Shown: piece after piece, positions 39,205 to 49,487 of the stretch
Numbering within the stretch: the first letter of the stretch is position 1
How the letters are laid out: each line of letters begins with the position of its first letter
Program-made: the position numbers and the translations under genes
From: Candidatus Woesearchaeota archaeon
Lineage (GTDB): Archaea; Nanobdellota; Nanobdellia; Woesearchaeales; BM511
Direction: 5' to 3'
Assembly (NCBI GenBank): GCA_002867475.1
Contig: PKTL01000043.1
Coordinates: 16,192-80,191, forward strand
Length of the DNA: 64,000 nt
Notes under the pieces: generated by a model
Databases searched by the model: none
What the model was told of the DNA's origin: nothing
Seen by the model: the letters and a program-made list of their open reading frames with translations, nothing else

Positions 39205-40101
39205 ATCTAATTTATTTAACATATTGAAAGTTTCTTTATCAAATCTAGAAAAAGCAAACCACTTCTTTCCAAGATCTTTAAGTGATGCTCCAAAATGAAA
39301 CACTTCTTTTTCATCTATGATTAAAAACCTATCATGTGAATCTTTAAATTCCTTAATTTCTATATTTGGATTTTGAGAATTATATTTTTTTAGGTCAAGA
39401 ATTAATTTCTTTGTTAAATTTTTTGTTAAAATAGTTGCTTTAACATTTTTATCTCTTTTACTTAAAATAGTTAAAACAGAATCATCAATGTAATTATCTA
39501 TTAATATTATTGATTTATTAGCACTTCTAATAATATCAGATACTAATTTATATGCATCAAAAATTTCTCCATCATAAAATATTCATTTATTTAAATTAAT
39601 ATTATTATTTTCTAATTTACTAAATATTTCCTTAAAATTTTTATCATGAATCAATTGCTTTGATTCAATATGATCTAATCTATTATTAATATTAAAATTA
39701 TTTGATATGATTTTTCTTAATTCTACAAAAGTATCTATTATTTGAAGACTTACAGTTATTGCAACTTTACTTCTTAAAACAGAAGAAAGCATAGCAACAC
39801 CTTGTTCTGTAAAAACATAAGGAAGAGAACCACCCAACTGCTGGTTAGAAGGTATCGCAAAATGCGATACCTTTTCTTTTGTGATCACAGATTGTGACCT
39901 TAAATTTTCAATTTCTTCTAAAGTTAATTGAAACATAAATCTTGAAGGAAACCTTTCAATATTTCTTTTTACTTGTTCTCTAATACGGATGGGTTTTACT
40001 TGATATAATTCTGCTAAATCCTTATCAAACATTACTTGTTTTCCCCTTATTTTATAAATTTTATTTTTTATATTATTCTCTAATATGATTTCATTAATCA
40101 T
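39199..40101 (-). pseudogene. ORF6N-domain (KilA-N superfamily) gene interrupted by an in-frame TGA at 39583-39585
   Basis: N-terminal part KIRGKQVMFDKDLAELYQVKPIRIREQVKRNIERFPSRFMFQLT ... GGSLPYVFTEQGVAMLSSVLRS is an ORF6N domain. After the TGA the same frame stays open for 127 codons with no start codon (IFYDGEIFDAYKL ... HDRFLIIDEKEVFHFGASLKDLGKKWFAFS), resembling the usual C-terminal region of this family. Confidence 0.55.
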
Positions 40102-40143
40102 ATGATTTTACAAGAAACCTTGTTTAAAAGCCTCACTTGAGAA

Positions 40144-40170
40144 TGTCCACTGATATTTTTTGTCCAGTGG
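40144..40170. promoter_or_regulatory. Two copies of the TGTCCA(C/G)TG motif forming an 8-bp inverted repeat (GTCCACTG ... CAGTGGAC)
   Basis: GAATGTCCACTGATATTTTTTGTCCAGTGGAC; a further partial copy TCCAGTG at 40202-40208. Confidence 0.5.
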
Positions 40171-40216
40171 ACGTCTGAATTATTTCATAATTCATGAAAG
40201 TTCCAGTGTCTAGTGA

Positions 40217-40615
40217 CTATAAATCCATGACCATTATCACATGATCATCTGCATATTCGAAGTCATTATAAGTTATTGCTTTTATGTGCCCATGGGTTTC
40301 GTAGTTCTTGTATGAATCGCCAACTACTGTTGCTTTCACATTATTATCTTTTACTTCAATGCTTAAAACTTTATTCAATACGAAATCTTCAACGTCATGA
40401 TAATATAATAGTTCATCAAGAAAATCATATAGTAAGCCTCGTAGATTCTTTGCTTCAACTTCAATAGATATCTCTTTTACTGGTTTAACCTCTTTAGGAT
40501 TCACGATTATTCCAAACATTGCATATGCACAGTTCTCAAACTTCTCAGAGTCATTTCTTCCATATGCTTTGAACTTTGCGTCAGCAGTATGAGTCAAGTA
40601 TTCATATCTCATCAA
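40217..40615 (-). CDS. Archease (RtcB cofactor)
   Basis: YEYLTHTADAKFKAYG and HGHIKAITY motifs; 132 aa. Confidence 0.8.
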   Translation of the reverse strand: MMRYEYLTHTADAKFKAYGRNDSEKFENCAYAMFGIIVNPKEVKPVKEISIEVEAKNLRGLLYDFLDELLYYHDVEDFVLNKVLSIEVKDNNVKATVVGDSYKNYETHGHIKAITYNDFEYADDHVIMVMDL

Positions 40616-40721
40616 TAAAAGAAAAAGAGAACCTTATTTAAAAAATATTGGATTGTGTATTTCTTATTTTTCTCAATAAATACAGAAATCTTTATAAAAA
40701 CAAATTGGAAACTTAATCTTC

Positions 40722-41282
40722 ATGGAAGAGATAATCAATAAATCCAAGGAATTATTTCTAAAAAACATTTCAGATTTTGATTCAGACCCTTTCAATCTCA
40801 AGTCTCATATAATTGAGCTTGAGAAATGGGCTTTGTATATGCACAAAAAATACCCTGATTTTGATCTTGAGATAGTAAGACTTGGAATATATCTGCATGA
40901 TATAGGTCATTATCCATTGCAGGATGAGGATCATGCGGTAATCAGTGAGAAAAAGGCTAGGATCTTTTTAGAAGATGAGAAGTATCCAAAGCTTGATGAA
41001 GTTCTTCATTGCGTTAGAAGTCATAGATGTAAAGATGTTATGCCTGATTCTTATGAGGCTAAGGTTTTAGCTTTTATTGATTCCGCGTCTCACATGACTG
41101 ATTCAATGTATCTGGATATAGCTAAGAAGCAAAAAGAGGTTGAAGGATATTATGACGTTTTTGGAAAGATTGATAGAGATTTTAGAGATCTTGCTCATTT
41201 TCCTGAAGTGAAAGAAGAATTGAAAGAGCTTCATGATGCTTGGAAGATTCTTCTTAAGGCTTATAACAAAATTGATATATAA
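40722..41282 (+). CDS. HD-domain phosphohydrolase
   Basis: YLHDIGH (H..HD) motif. Confidence 0.6.
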   Translation: MEEIINKSKELFLKNISDFDSDPFNLKSHIIELEKWALYMHKKYPDFDLEIVRLGIYLHDIGHYPLQDEDHAVISEKKARIFLEDEKYPKLDEVLHCVRSHRCKDVMPDSYEAKVLAFIDSASHMTDSMYLDIAKKQKEVEGYYDVFGKIDRDFRDLAHFPEVKEELKELHDAWKILLKAYNKIDI

Positions 41283-41314
41283 CAAAAAAAAGAAAAAAAT
41301 ATTTTTTTATATAT

Positions 41315-41566
41315 TTAGATTAGCATCATGAAAGAACTATACTTTTGATTCTTATTTTTATCATAATTTCTGTTTTCTTCATTTCCAATAGGATACAAAG
41401 AATTTTTTGAAATTGTTACATTTCTAGAATATCTAGGGTCAGGTATTTTTAGCTGTTCGATCAAGCTTATTGGAAGTTGTCCTTCTATATTTGAATTTAC
41501 GAATTCATCTTGATATGTACTTTTTACTTTTTTGTCTATTGTTTCATTCATTTTTATTTGCCTCAT
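41315..41566 (-). CDS. Hypothetical protein, 83 aa
   Basis: ORF only. Confidence 0.25.
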   Translation of the reverse strand: MRQIKMNETIDKKVKSTYQDEFVNSNIEGQLPISLIEQLKIPDPRYSRNVTISKNSLYPIGNEENRNYDKNKNQKYSSFMMLI

Positions 41567-41639
41567 TTAAGTTTATTTTTTATTAGAAAATTAGATTTTG
41601 ATCAAGTCCAATTTTTAAGATTTGGTTAATGTCGTGCTC

Positions 41640-41741
41640 TTATAGTAAGATGAGAAGGAGTAAGAGATTTAGAAATAAGATATTATTGAAAATAGTTTTT
41701 TTGTTTTCTTGTTTTTTGCTTGTTTTTGTTTTGTAATTCAT
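41640..41741 (-). CDS. Possible small membrane protein (33 aa) with strong RBS
   Basis: AGGAGG 10 nt upstream of the ATG; MNYKTKTSKKQENKKTIFNNILFLNLLLLLILL (basic N-terminus, hydrophobic C-terminus). Confidence 0.25.
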   Translation of the reverse strand: MNYKTKTSKKQENKKTIFNNILFLNLLLLLILL

Positions 41742-41935
41742 TTTTTTATTTCCTCCTATAGATTATTTTTAAAAAATGTGCGTGTTAGCTTTTGATCGCT
41801 AACTTAGAGTAAGAGCAGTAGAACTAAGAGAAATGATAATTGGATTGTTTTAGTTCTAAAAAATATCATAATAATATTAATGCATTAATGATTTATAAAG
41901 ATAACTAAAAATGATCAAAACTCAATATCTTATTA

Positions 41936-42424
41936 TCATATTGAAACTTTTTTAAGGTTTGAAATAAAATTATCAATTTTTTTCCAATCTCTAAGGTCAT
42001 TATATTTTGAATAATCTAAAGGTGTTCCTTCCTTTTCATTGATTTTTCGAACAATAAATTTTTCTATAAAATTCATTTTTGAATTCTTTGTAAAGTCAAA
42101 TACTGGACCAAAAGCAGCTTTTGCAATAAATTTTTTCCCAATTGGATCTATATATTCAGATATTGCTTTTTTTTCATCTCTATAAGCCTCACCACAAGTA
42201 ACAAATATTGCAATATTTTTAAAATCATTTTCTAAGAATTTTCTGCTTTTTTTAGTGATCCTTCCAATCTTTATTCCAGCTCCGAAAACAACCAAGTCAT
42301 AATTCTCAACATTAGGATTTTCTTTTTCTATATTGATTACATCTGCTTTGAGTTTTTTCGCTATATACTTAGAAACTTCTTCACAATTCCCATATCGCGA
42401 TGCGTGTGCAATTAATATTTTCAT
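41936..42424 (-). CDS. Flavodoxin-like domain protein
   Basis: MKILIAHASRYGN N-terminus and overall flavodoxin-like pattern. Confidence 0.5.
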   Translation of the reverse strand: MKILIAHASRYGNCEEVSKYIAKKLKADVINIEKENPNVENYDLVVFGAGIKIGRITKKSRKFLENDFKNIAIFVTCGEAYRDEKKAISEYIDPIGKKFIAKAAFGPVFDFTKNSKMNFIEKFIVRKINEKEGTPLDYSKYNDLRDWKKIDNFISNLKKVSI

Positions 42425-42472
42425 AATAGATTATTATAATTAAATTATTTAAAAAATTTTTCTTAAAAAAAG

Positions 42473-43576
42473 CTACAATTCTTCAATCTCTATTGGAAAC
42501 GCATCCTTTGTTGGATACTCTTCAATTATGTATGCCTTGTATTTCTTTTTCTTTAGTTCATCAAGATGTTTCTTCAATATTTTTGGAGTTGTAATAACCC
42601 TTGCAAAATCCTCATCTAAAAATAGCTTTTTTTCTTTCACTCCAAGTGAGACCATTAAATCATAGATTTTTTTGGCTTTTTCTATATCGCTTTTTGTGAC
42701 TTTTTTATGTTGAAGCTCCTTGAAATACACTGCGCCTCGAATAAGCATTCCTTCTCTTGTTAACTTATCTGTTTTTAGCTTGACATTTTTTGCTCTTTTC
42801 TTTATACGTTTTGCAAGCTGATGAGAATCTTTCAATTTTGCTGTACAAAAATGAACATTAGAAATACCTAACTTATTTGCATATTCCATTATTTCAAGAG
42901 CAGTTTCTTTAGATCCTTTAACTGCATAACTAACATCATCAATGGTTTCATATTCTTTTCCAGTTTTGCTAAAACTATTATCTGCAACTTCTAATTCGTT
43001 AAGATTCAAGTAATCAATGTATTTACTAGTTTTATCAAGTAATTTTTTTATCTTTTCAAGGTCTTTTGGTATTGCAGGTATCTCAATGACTATTTTCCAA
43101 TCATAAATGCTTGCTAGTTTTAGCCTTTCCCATTGGGTTTCCTTATTGAAGTCTGGGTGGAATCTTATCTCATCAAGGCCTGCTTCATATAATTTATTTA
43201 GATAGTCCTTATTTACTAGATCAAGGCTTGTGTACAAGTGTATATGAAATTTTTTTCCAAAAGTATCTTTTAGTAATTTAATGTAATCAGCAGTTCTTTG
43301 AATTGTCACTAAAGGATCGCCTCCAGTAATCCCCACACCTTTACTACCACATAATTTTATTTCAGAAATAACATCTTTCTCATTTTTTATTTCCCACTCA
43401 TTGATGTAGGTTACATCCTTATCCTTTTTAGCATCGCTTATTGGACAATATGTGCATCTTCTTGGACATAGCCCTGTTATGAAAAATACTGATTTTTCTC
43501 CTTTTACGCATTGTTTACAACCATTTGACAATTTCCCTGTTTTTAGACTATCAAATCCTGTTTTTTTTATTCGCAT
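42473..43576 (-). CDS. Radical SAM enzyme
   Basis: CPRRCTYCP (CxxxCxxC) and GITGGDP motifs. Confidence 0.7.
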   Translation of the reverse strand: MRIKKTGFDSLKTGKLSNGCKQCVKGEKSVFFITGLCPRRCTYCPISDAKKDKDVTYINEWEIKNEKDVISEIKLCGSKGVGITGGDPLVTIQRTADYIKLLKDTFGKKFHIHLYTSLDLVNKDYLNKLYEAGLDEIRFHPDFNKETQWERLKLASIYDWKIVIEIPAIPKDLEKIKKLLDKTSKYIDYLNLNELEVADNSFSKTGKEYETIDDVSYAVKGSKETALEIMEYANKLGISNVHFCTAKLKDSHQLAKRIKKRAKNVKLKTDKLTREGMLIRGAVYFKELQHKKVTKSDIEKAKKIYDLMVSLGVKEKKLFLDEDFARVITTPKILKKHLDELKKKKYKAYIIEEYPTKDAFPIEIEEL

Positions 43577-43604
43577 AAAGAAAAAGAAAAAGTAGTGGTT
43601 TAAA

Positions 43605-44120
43605 TTAGTATTGTTTTAGTAGGTTTGGCACTGCAGAACCTATTGCGCCAGCCATAGTTATTATAACCACTGCTTTCATAGTATTATGAAAATCACCCAC
43701 TCTTTCATTTATATTCAATAGGTATACAAGTATCAATGCTATAGATAAGCTTATTACATATAATGTCACAAGCCTTTTTGTCAAGAATTGTCCAAAAGGC
43801 CTTAATCTTTTATCTTCAACCCTACTATATCCTATAAAGTATATTTCTGCTACAAGTATTAAGAATGTGAAAGCAATTATTGCTTCAATATGAAAAGTGT
43901 TTAAGCTTATTGCTGTATCGACTAAACCCCCTTTAAGTGCAAAAGTTAAGCTTATTATCAAAGCACCAAAAAACGCGTTGATTATATCACGCCTACTAAA
44001 ATGACTTGGTCGTTTGTCAAGAAGCTTGCTTCGCATAAATGCAAGGTTTTCCTTTACTTCCTCAAGCTCTTTTTCTTCTTTTTCTATCTCTTTAATTACT
44101 GATTTCTTCTGTTTCTTCAT
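43605..44120 (-). CDS. Membrane protein of unknown function
   Basis: Charged coiled N-terminus followed by 4 TM helices. Confidence 0.35.
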   Translation of the reverse strand: MKKQKKSVIKEIEKEEKELEEVKENLAFMRSKLLDKRPSHFSRRDIINAFFGALIISLTFALKGGLVDTAISLNTFHIEAIIAFTFLILVAEIYFIGYSRVEDKRLRPFGQFLTKRLVTLYVISLSIALILVYLLNINERVGDFHNTMKAVVIITMAGAIGSAVPNLLKQY

Positions 44121-44122
44121 CT

Positions 44123-44419
44123 TTAATAGGGTATGACTTGTACTTTTGGTTCATCACTGTTTTCTTCTGATAATTCAGGTTTTTCTTCATCTGAACTTGC
44201 TTGTTCGATCGTTGATGAAGGATTATCATCAGAAAAGATACTAAACATATCATTATTATCAGCATGAGAGTCAACAGATGCACTAGAGGCTGAATCTGAG
44301 AACATATCGACAAATCCCGAATCTGAAGAATTATCCTCACCTATTATCTTCTGTAAAAATTTGATTATTTCCCTTATATGTTCTGGAGAATCCTTATCAG
44401 TATCTATTCTTATCTGCAT
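44123..44419 (-). CDS. Acidic Ser/Asp-rich hypothetical protein
   Basis: ORF only. Confidence 0.3.
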   Translation of the reverse strand: MQIRIDTDKDSPEHIREIIKFLQKIIGEDNSSDSGFVDMFSDSASSASVDSHADNNDMFSIFSDDNPSSTIEQASSDEEKPELSEENSDEPKVQVIPY

Positions 44420-44546
44420 ACTTTAATTCCTTGTTTTTTTCTTTATAAAACTTTTGATAAATGAGATAAAACAACGACTTGAAAACAACAAACTTTAAAT
44501 AAAGGCGATAATTGCTATTTTTATTAAATAATATTAAGGTGGGAAA

Positions 44547-44960
44547 ATGAGTATAATCGCATTCAATTTTACAAAAATCTCAGCAGAGAAGAAACAAGCA
44601 AAGAAAGCAAGCAAGATTGAGATCCAAAACAATGTAGCGATCAAAGAGATCGGTGAACCAGGATTGAACCTTGCATCAGGAGATAATGTTGCAGTAAAGG
44701 TCGAGTTTGAATTTGAGACAAAGTTCGAACCTGAAATGGGAAACATAGTTATCGCTGGAAATCTTATCTCTCTTGAGAAAAAAGACGCAGGTGAGAAGCT
44801 ATTAAATGGATGGAAAGACGGTAAAAAGGTTGATGCAGAATTGATGAAACCTATAATGAATTCTATCCTTGCAAAGGCAAATGTCCAAGCATTAATAATG
44901 AGTAGAGACGTTAATCTGCCTTCGCCAATACAACTTCCTAAAGTCACTATTAAAAAATAG
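44547..44960 (+). CDS. Hypothetical protein, 137 aa
   Basis: AAGGTGGG RBS; ORF only. Confidence 0.4.
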   Translation: MSIIAFNFTKISAEKKQAKKASKIEIQNNVAIKEIGEPGLNLASGDNVAVKVEFEFETKFEPEMGNIVIAGNLISLEKKDAGEKLLNGWKDGKKVDAELMKPIMNSILAKANVQALIMSRDVNLPSPIQLPKVTIKK

Positions 44961-45026
44961 GTGATTTTTTCTTTTTTTTAGTAACATTTATCTATAACAT
45001 ATAATTTACATTTAGCAGGTGTTGAA

Positions 45027-47534
45027 ATGAGTCAAGAATTAAAACTAAAAGTTGTTGAAGCGATACAGGATGACCTGTATAAAGGAATCGTAAGGATAGA
45101 TATCAATTATATGCAGCAAATTGGTGTGCGTCCTGGAGACATAGTAGAGATTATAGGGCAGAAAACAACTGTTGCAATTGTTGACAGAGCATACCCTGGA
45201 GATATGGGACTAAACATTGTTAGAATGGATGGTCTTATCAGACGTAATGCAAAAACAGGTATCGGCGAATTTGTAAGAGTAAAACCAATAACTGTTAAAG
45301 AAGCAAAAAAGATTACTATTGCCCCTGCTAAAAAAGGCATCATGATAAAAGCGTCACCCGACATATTCAAGCAAGCTTTGATTGGAAGACCCGTATGTAA
45401 AGAGGATCTAATAAGTCTTGGCGGAACGAAAAGAAGAAGGCAAAATTTTGACAACCCTATGTTTGATGATGTTTTCAATATGCTTGATGAAAGCTTGATG
45501 AGTTTTGGTCTTGGTGACCTAAAATTTATTGTTGTTGATGTTAAGCCTGATGAACCTGTTATGATAACACAGAATACTGAGATGATATTCAACCCTGAAG
45601 CTGTAGAGCTAAAAGAGCAGAAAGTTATGGAAGTTACCTATGAAGATATAGGTGGCTTGGAAGAAGAAGTAAAAAAAGTTAGAGAAATGGTTGAGCTTCC
45701 TCTTAAAAGACCTGAAGTTTTTGAAAGGCTTGGGATTGACGCACCAAAAGGAGTATTACTACATGGACCTCCTGGAACTGGAAAAACCCTACTTGCAAAA
45801 GCTGTAGCTAATGAAACTAACAGTAATTTTATTCTTATTAACGGGCCAGAAATCATGAGTAAATATTATGGTCAATCAGAAGAGAATTTGAGAAAAAAGT
45901 TTGAAGAGGCTGAAAAGAACGCTCCAAGCATCATATTCATAGATGAGATTGATGCTATCGCATCAAAAAGAGAAGAAAGCAAGGGAGAGGTTGAAAGAAG
46001 GGTTGTGGCACAGCTTCTTGCGATTATGGATGGACTAAAATCCAGAGGAAGAGTTGTTGTTATGGCTGCAACAAACATACCAAACTCACTCGACCCAGCA
46101 CTAAGAAGACCTGGAAGGTTCGATAGAGAAATAGAGATAGGCGTTCCTAGTAAAGAAGGAAGAGAAAGCATACTTAAAATCCACACCAGAAACATGCCAA
46201 TATACACACCTTATGATAGTCTTAATGAAATGGATAAAAAAGTAAATGAAGATATCAAAGATTTCTTGAAATACACAATAAATCTATATAAGGATAAGCA
46301 AAAATTTACTCAAAAAGATCTTGAATCAAGCATAAATAAATACTTAAAAGACCATCCTGAAAAAAATGATGTAGCTAAAGATTTTGATATGATTGAAATA
46401 AAAAAAATTATTGATAACATGACATCTAATCCTAACATTGTCAATCTAAATGGTATAGCTAGCATAACCCATGGTTTTGTAGGTGCAGATTTAAGTGCTT
46501 TAAGTAAGGAAGCTGCTATGATACTTCTTAGACGTATACAACCAGACCTGAAATTGAATGAGGATAGTGATAAACCACTTCCTAAAGAAGTTCTGGATAA
46601 GATAAAAATAACTCAAAAAGATTTCATAGAATCACTAAAAGTTGTTAGACCTAGTGCTTTAAGAGAAGTATTGATTGAAGTTCCTAATATAAAATGGAAA
46701 GATATTGGAGGACTTGAAAAAGCAAAGCAAGAACTTGTTGAAAGTGTTGAATGGCCTTTCAAGAACCCTGAAGTTTTTAATAGGCTTGGTGTAAAACCAC
46801 CAAAAGGTATACTTCTTTATGGACCACCTGGAACAGGTAAGACTCTTCTAGCAAAAGCTGTAGCAAATGAAAGCGAAGCTAATTTCATAAGCGTTAAAGG
46901 ACCTGAGATGCTTAGTAAATGGGTTGGTGAATCTGAAAAAGCAGTAAGGGAAATATTCAAGAAAGCTAGACAAGCTAGTCCAACAATCATATTCTTTGAT
47001 GAAATTGATAGTATTGCACCAAGAAGAGGAAGCAGTAGCGATTCGAATGTTACTGAAAGAGTTGTGAATCAATTATTGACTGAAATTGATGGTTTGGAAG
47101 CATTGCATGACATTGTTATAATTGCTGCAACAAATAGGCCAGATATTGTTGACACAGCACTCCTTAGACCTGGCAGGTTTGATAGGATAGTTCTTGTAAC
47201 TGCACCTGATGAGAAAGCAAGAAAAGACATATTCAAAGTACACACCAAAGGAATGAAGATAGCAAAAGATGTGAACATTGAAGAGCTTGCCATCAAGACC
47301 CATGGTTATGTCGGTGCTGATATTGAAGCGATATGTAGAGAAGCAGCGCTTCTGACACTACGTGATAACATGGAAGCTAAAGAAGTTACTATGGAATATT
47401 TCGAAAAAGCTATAGAAAAAGTTGCTCCAAGCGTGTCAGATGATGTTGAAAAAGCATATGAAGAACTTCAAAAACAATTTAGTAGCGCTAAAGGAAAAGA
47501 GATGAAAGATCAAAAGCCAAGTTATTATGGCTAA
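45027..47534 (+). CDS. cdc48: CDC48/VCP-like AAA+ ATPase (two AAA domains) with ~70-aa insertion in the D1 lid
   Basis: N-domain plus two copies of [20 protein letters not shown] Walker A, DEID Walker B and RPGRFDR arginine finger. Confidence 0.9.
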   Translation: MSQELKLKVVEAIQDDLYKGIVRIDINYMQQIGVRPGDIVEIIGQKTTVAIVDRAYPGDMGLNIVRMDGLIRRNAKTGIGEFVRVKPITVKEAKKITIAPAKKGIMIKASPDIFKQALIGRPVCKEDLISLGGTKRRRQNFDNPMFDDVFNMLDESLMSFGLGDLKFIVVDVKPDEPVMITQNTEMIFNPEAVELKEQKVMEVTYEDIGGLEEEVKKVREMVELPLKRPEVFERLGIDAPKGVLLHGPPGTGKTLLAKAVANETNSNFILINGPEIMSKYYGQSEENLRKKFEEAEKNAPSIIFIDEIDAIASKREESKGEVERRVVAQLLAIMDGLKSRGRVVVMAATNIPNSLDPALRRPGRFDREIEIGVPSKEGRESILKIHTRNMPIYTPYDSLNEMDKKVNEDIKDFLKYTINLYKDKQKFTQKDLESSINKYLKDHPEKNDVAKDFDMIEIKKIIDNMTSNPNIVNLNGIASITHGFVGADLSALSKEAAMILLRRIQPDLKLNEDSDKPLPKEVLDKIKITQKDFIESLKVVRPSALREVLIEVPNIKWKDIGGLEKAKQELVESVEWPFKNPEVFNRLGVKPPKGILLYGPPGTGKTLLAKAVANESEANFISVKGPEMLSKWVGESEKAVREIFKKARQASPTIIFFDEIDSIAPRRGSSSDSNVTERVVNQLLTEIDGLEALHDIVIIAATNRPDIVDTALLRPGRFDRIVLVTAPDEKARKDIFKVHTKGMKIAKDVNIEELAIKTHGYVGADIEAICREAALLTLRDNMEAKEVTMEYFEKAIEKVAPSVSDDVEKAYEELQKQFSSAKGKEMKDQKPSYYG

Positions 47535-47549
47535 AATTATTTTTTTATT

Positions 47550-47897
47550 TTATTGTTCTATTGGATTAAAACTATAATCCATCAATACCCCATTATATAT
47601 TATCTGTTTTTTGTCAGTAAGAGAATTTCTTAAAACATCAATTTGTCCTTTTAACGAAACATAATCACATATTTTTGAGATATCAACACCATATTTATCT
47701 CCTTGATTTATCATAATCTCAACTTCTTTAAGGACAGTTCCTAATTCACCTTCAGTTAAGGACCTGTTTCTTTTATAGGAATTCCTAGCAGAAGAAATAT
47801 ATGCTTCAAAAACAGCATCTGCGTTTCCTTCTACTTCAAAGAGCTCGTTATTTACTATCCGTTCAAGCAATACTCCACCATAACTAGCTTTTTTCAT
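47550..47897 (-). CDS. Hypothetical protein, 115 aa
   Basis: ORF only. Confidence 0.3.
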   Translation of the reverse strand: MKKASYGGVLLERIVNNELFEVEGNADAVFEAYISSARNSYKRNRSLTEGELGTVLKEVEIMINQGDKYGVDISKICDYVSLKGQIDVLRNSLTDKKQIIYNGVLMDYSFNPIEQ

Positions 47898-47971
47898 AAT
47901 TATTTTAAAGTAAATACATCTATTTAAAGATATATGATAATTTTATAAATAAGAATCTCTTATCATCCTAC

Positions 47972-48730
47972 ATGGTTAAGCTAAAAGATATTGTTGACTA
48001 CCTTGATGGTGAATTGGATATAAAGAGTTTTGAAGATTCTTCAAATAATGGATTACAAGTTGAAACAAAAAAACCTATAAAAAAAATAGGTTTTGCAGTC
48101 GATGGTTGCTTGGAAGTATTTGAGAAAGCAAAAGAGAAATCTTGCGATCTAGTTATTGTTCACCATGGTATTAGTTGGAATGATTCATTGAAGCATATCA
48201 CAAATATGAATTATAGTCGGCTTAGTTATCTCATAAAAAATGATATAGGGCTTTATGGTTGCCATCTTCCTCTTGACGCGCATAGCAAGTATGGTAATAA
48301 TATAACTATGGGCAAATTATTAGGTTTGAAAAAGCTCAAGAAATTTGGTGATTATCATGGCATTCCTATTGGTTATGGAGGAGAACTGGAAAAAAAGTTA
48401 AGTATTGATAAGTTTGCAAAGCTTGTTGAGAATAAGCTTGATACTATAATCAGGATAGTTGGCCATGGAAAGGATGATATCAAAAAAGTTGCGATAGTCT
48501 CAGGTGGTGGAAGCAGTTCACTCAATGAAGCGATAAGAAATGATTATGATGTATTGATTGTTGGCGAAGCACCACATAATAAATATCATGAAAGTAAGGA
48601 AGGAAATATCAATCTTGTTCTTGCAGGACATTATAATACTGAAGTTTTTGGTGTCAAAGCACTTATGCCTGTTCTTGAAAAGAAGTTCAAGGTAAAGACT
48701 GAATTCATCGATGTCCCTACTGGTTTTTGA
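47972..48730 (+). CDS. NIF3-family dinuclear metal centre protein (GTP cyclohydrolase 1 type 2 homolog)
   Basis: VIVHHGISW ... GCHLPLDAH ... GNN ... AGHYNTE motifs. Confidence 0.7.
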   Translation: MVKLKDIVDYLDGELDIKSFEDSSNNGLQVETKKPIKKIGFAVDGCLEVFEKAKEKSCDLVIVHHGISWNDSLKHITNMNYSRLSYLIKNDIGLYGCHLPLDAHSKYGNNITMGKLLGLKKLKKFGDYHGIPIGYGGELEKKLSIDKFAKLVENKLDTIIRIVGHGKDDIKKVAIVSGGGSSSLNEAIRNDYDVLIVGEAPHNKYHESKEGNINLVLAGHYNTEVFGVKALMPVLEKKFKVKTEFIDVPTGF

Positions 48731-48780
48731 AAAGATTTTTATACCTCTAAATAAATTAAACAATTAGAGGTGGTATTTTA

Positions 48781-49008
48781 ATGTATGAGGCGAATGATTA
48801 TTTAGATTCTATGGGAGTTTGTTTATTTAGCTTGTATAGTACAGCTTATGATAATAATCTAAAGAATGTTGGGTGTGGTGCTTGTGAAAGTGAAAACCCA
48901 CAAAATAGATGTTATCTGTATCAAAAGATAAAGAGTAACATAAAATTGCTTAATTTAGAACCTAAAGAAGGTCTTGAATGGATAATTAAAAAACAAGAAG
49001 CTGCATAA
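48781..49008 (+). CDS. Hypothetical small protein
   Basis: ORF only. Confidence 0.2.
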   Translation: MYEANDYLDSMGVCLFSLYSTAYDNNLKNVGCGACESENPQNRCYLYQKIKSNIKLLNLEPKEGLEWIIKKQEAA

Positions 49009-49052
49009 AATTTTTCATAAGATTTTTATATGAATCATATTCAATTAATGTT

Positions 49053-49487
49053 ATGTATGAACGAAAAAAAGTAATTTGGGAAACTTTAATCTTAATCTCA
49101 GTAGTTCTTGTTATAACTTTATTAATATTAGAATTCTTTGTTGATTTAACACATTATGAAGGATATATTTTATGGTTTGAAGGAGTAATTTTTGGAATAT
49201 TTCTTAGTGATTTAATTATACTTTATCGAAGAAGTAAAAATTATAAAGATTTTTTAAAAAAAAATTGGCTTGATATTATTGCTACAATTCCTTTAGGGCA
49301 AGCTTTTAGACTTGCAAAATTCATTAGATTTTTTAAAATATTAAAAACTTTAAAAATTTTTAAAAGTATTAAATTATTAAAAGCACTTGAATCTGTAAGA
49401 CTTGTTCATGTTGACAGAATATTGAAAATTTTCTCAAAAAAAGATAGATCTATGCCAGCTCCGAATTCTAACGAAAAAAGAAATTAA
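49053..49487 (+). CDS. Small membrane protein with S4-like periodically basic helix (ion-channel voltage-sensor-like fragment)
   Basis: RLAKFIRFFKILKTLKIFKSIKLLK: a basic residue at every third position. Confidence 0.35.
   Translation: MYERKKVIWETLILISVVLVITLLILEFFVDLTHYEGYILWFEGVIFGIFLSDLIILYRRSKNYKDFLKKNWLDIIATIPLGQAFRLAKFIRFFKILKTLKIFKSIKLLKALESVRLVHVDRILKIFSKKDRSMPAPNSNEKRN

Noticed and set aside
39583-39585. In-frame TGA in the ORF6N gene as evidence of UGA reassignment (e.g. code 25, UGA=Gly)
   Set aside because: TGA clearly acts as a stop elsewhere in the window, including several ATGA stop/start overlaps (4458-4461, 8637-8640, 23930-23933, 24703-24706, 29665-29668). The genome uses the standard code, so a pseudogene or local read-through is more likely.
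45107-47303. Several 70-160 aa minus-strand ORFs inside cdc48
   Set aside because: Antisense to a highly conserved AAA+ ATPase gene; spurious.
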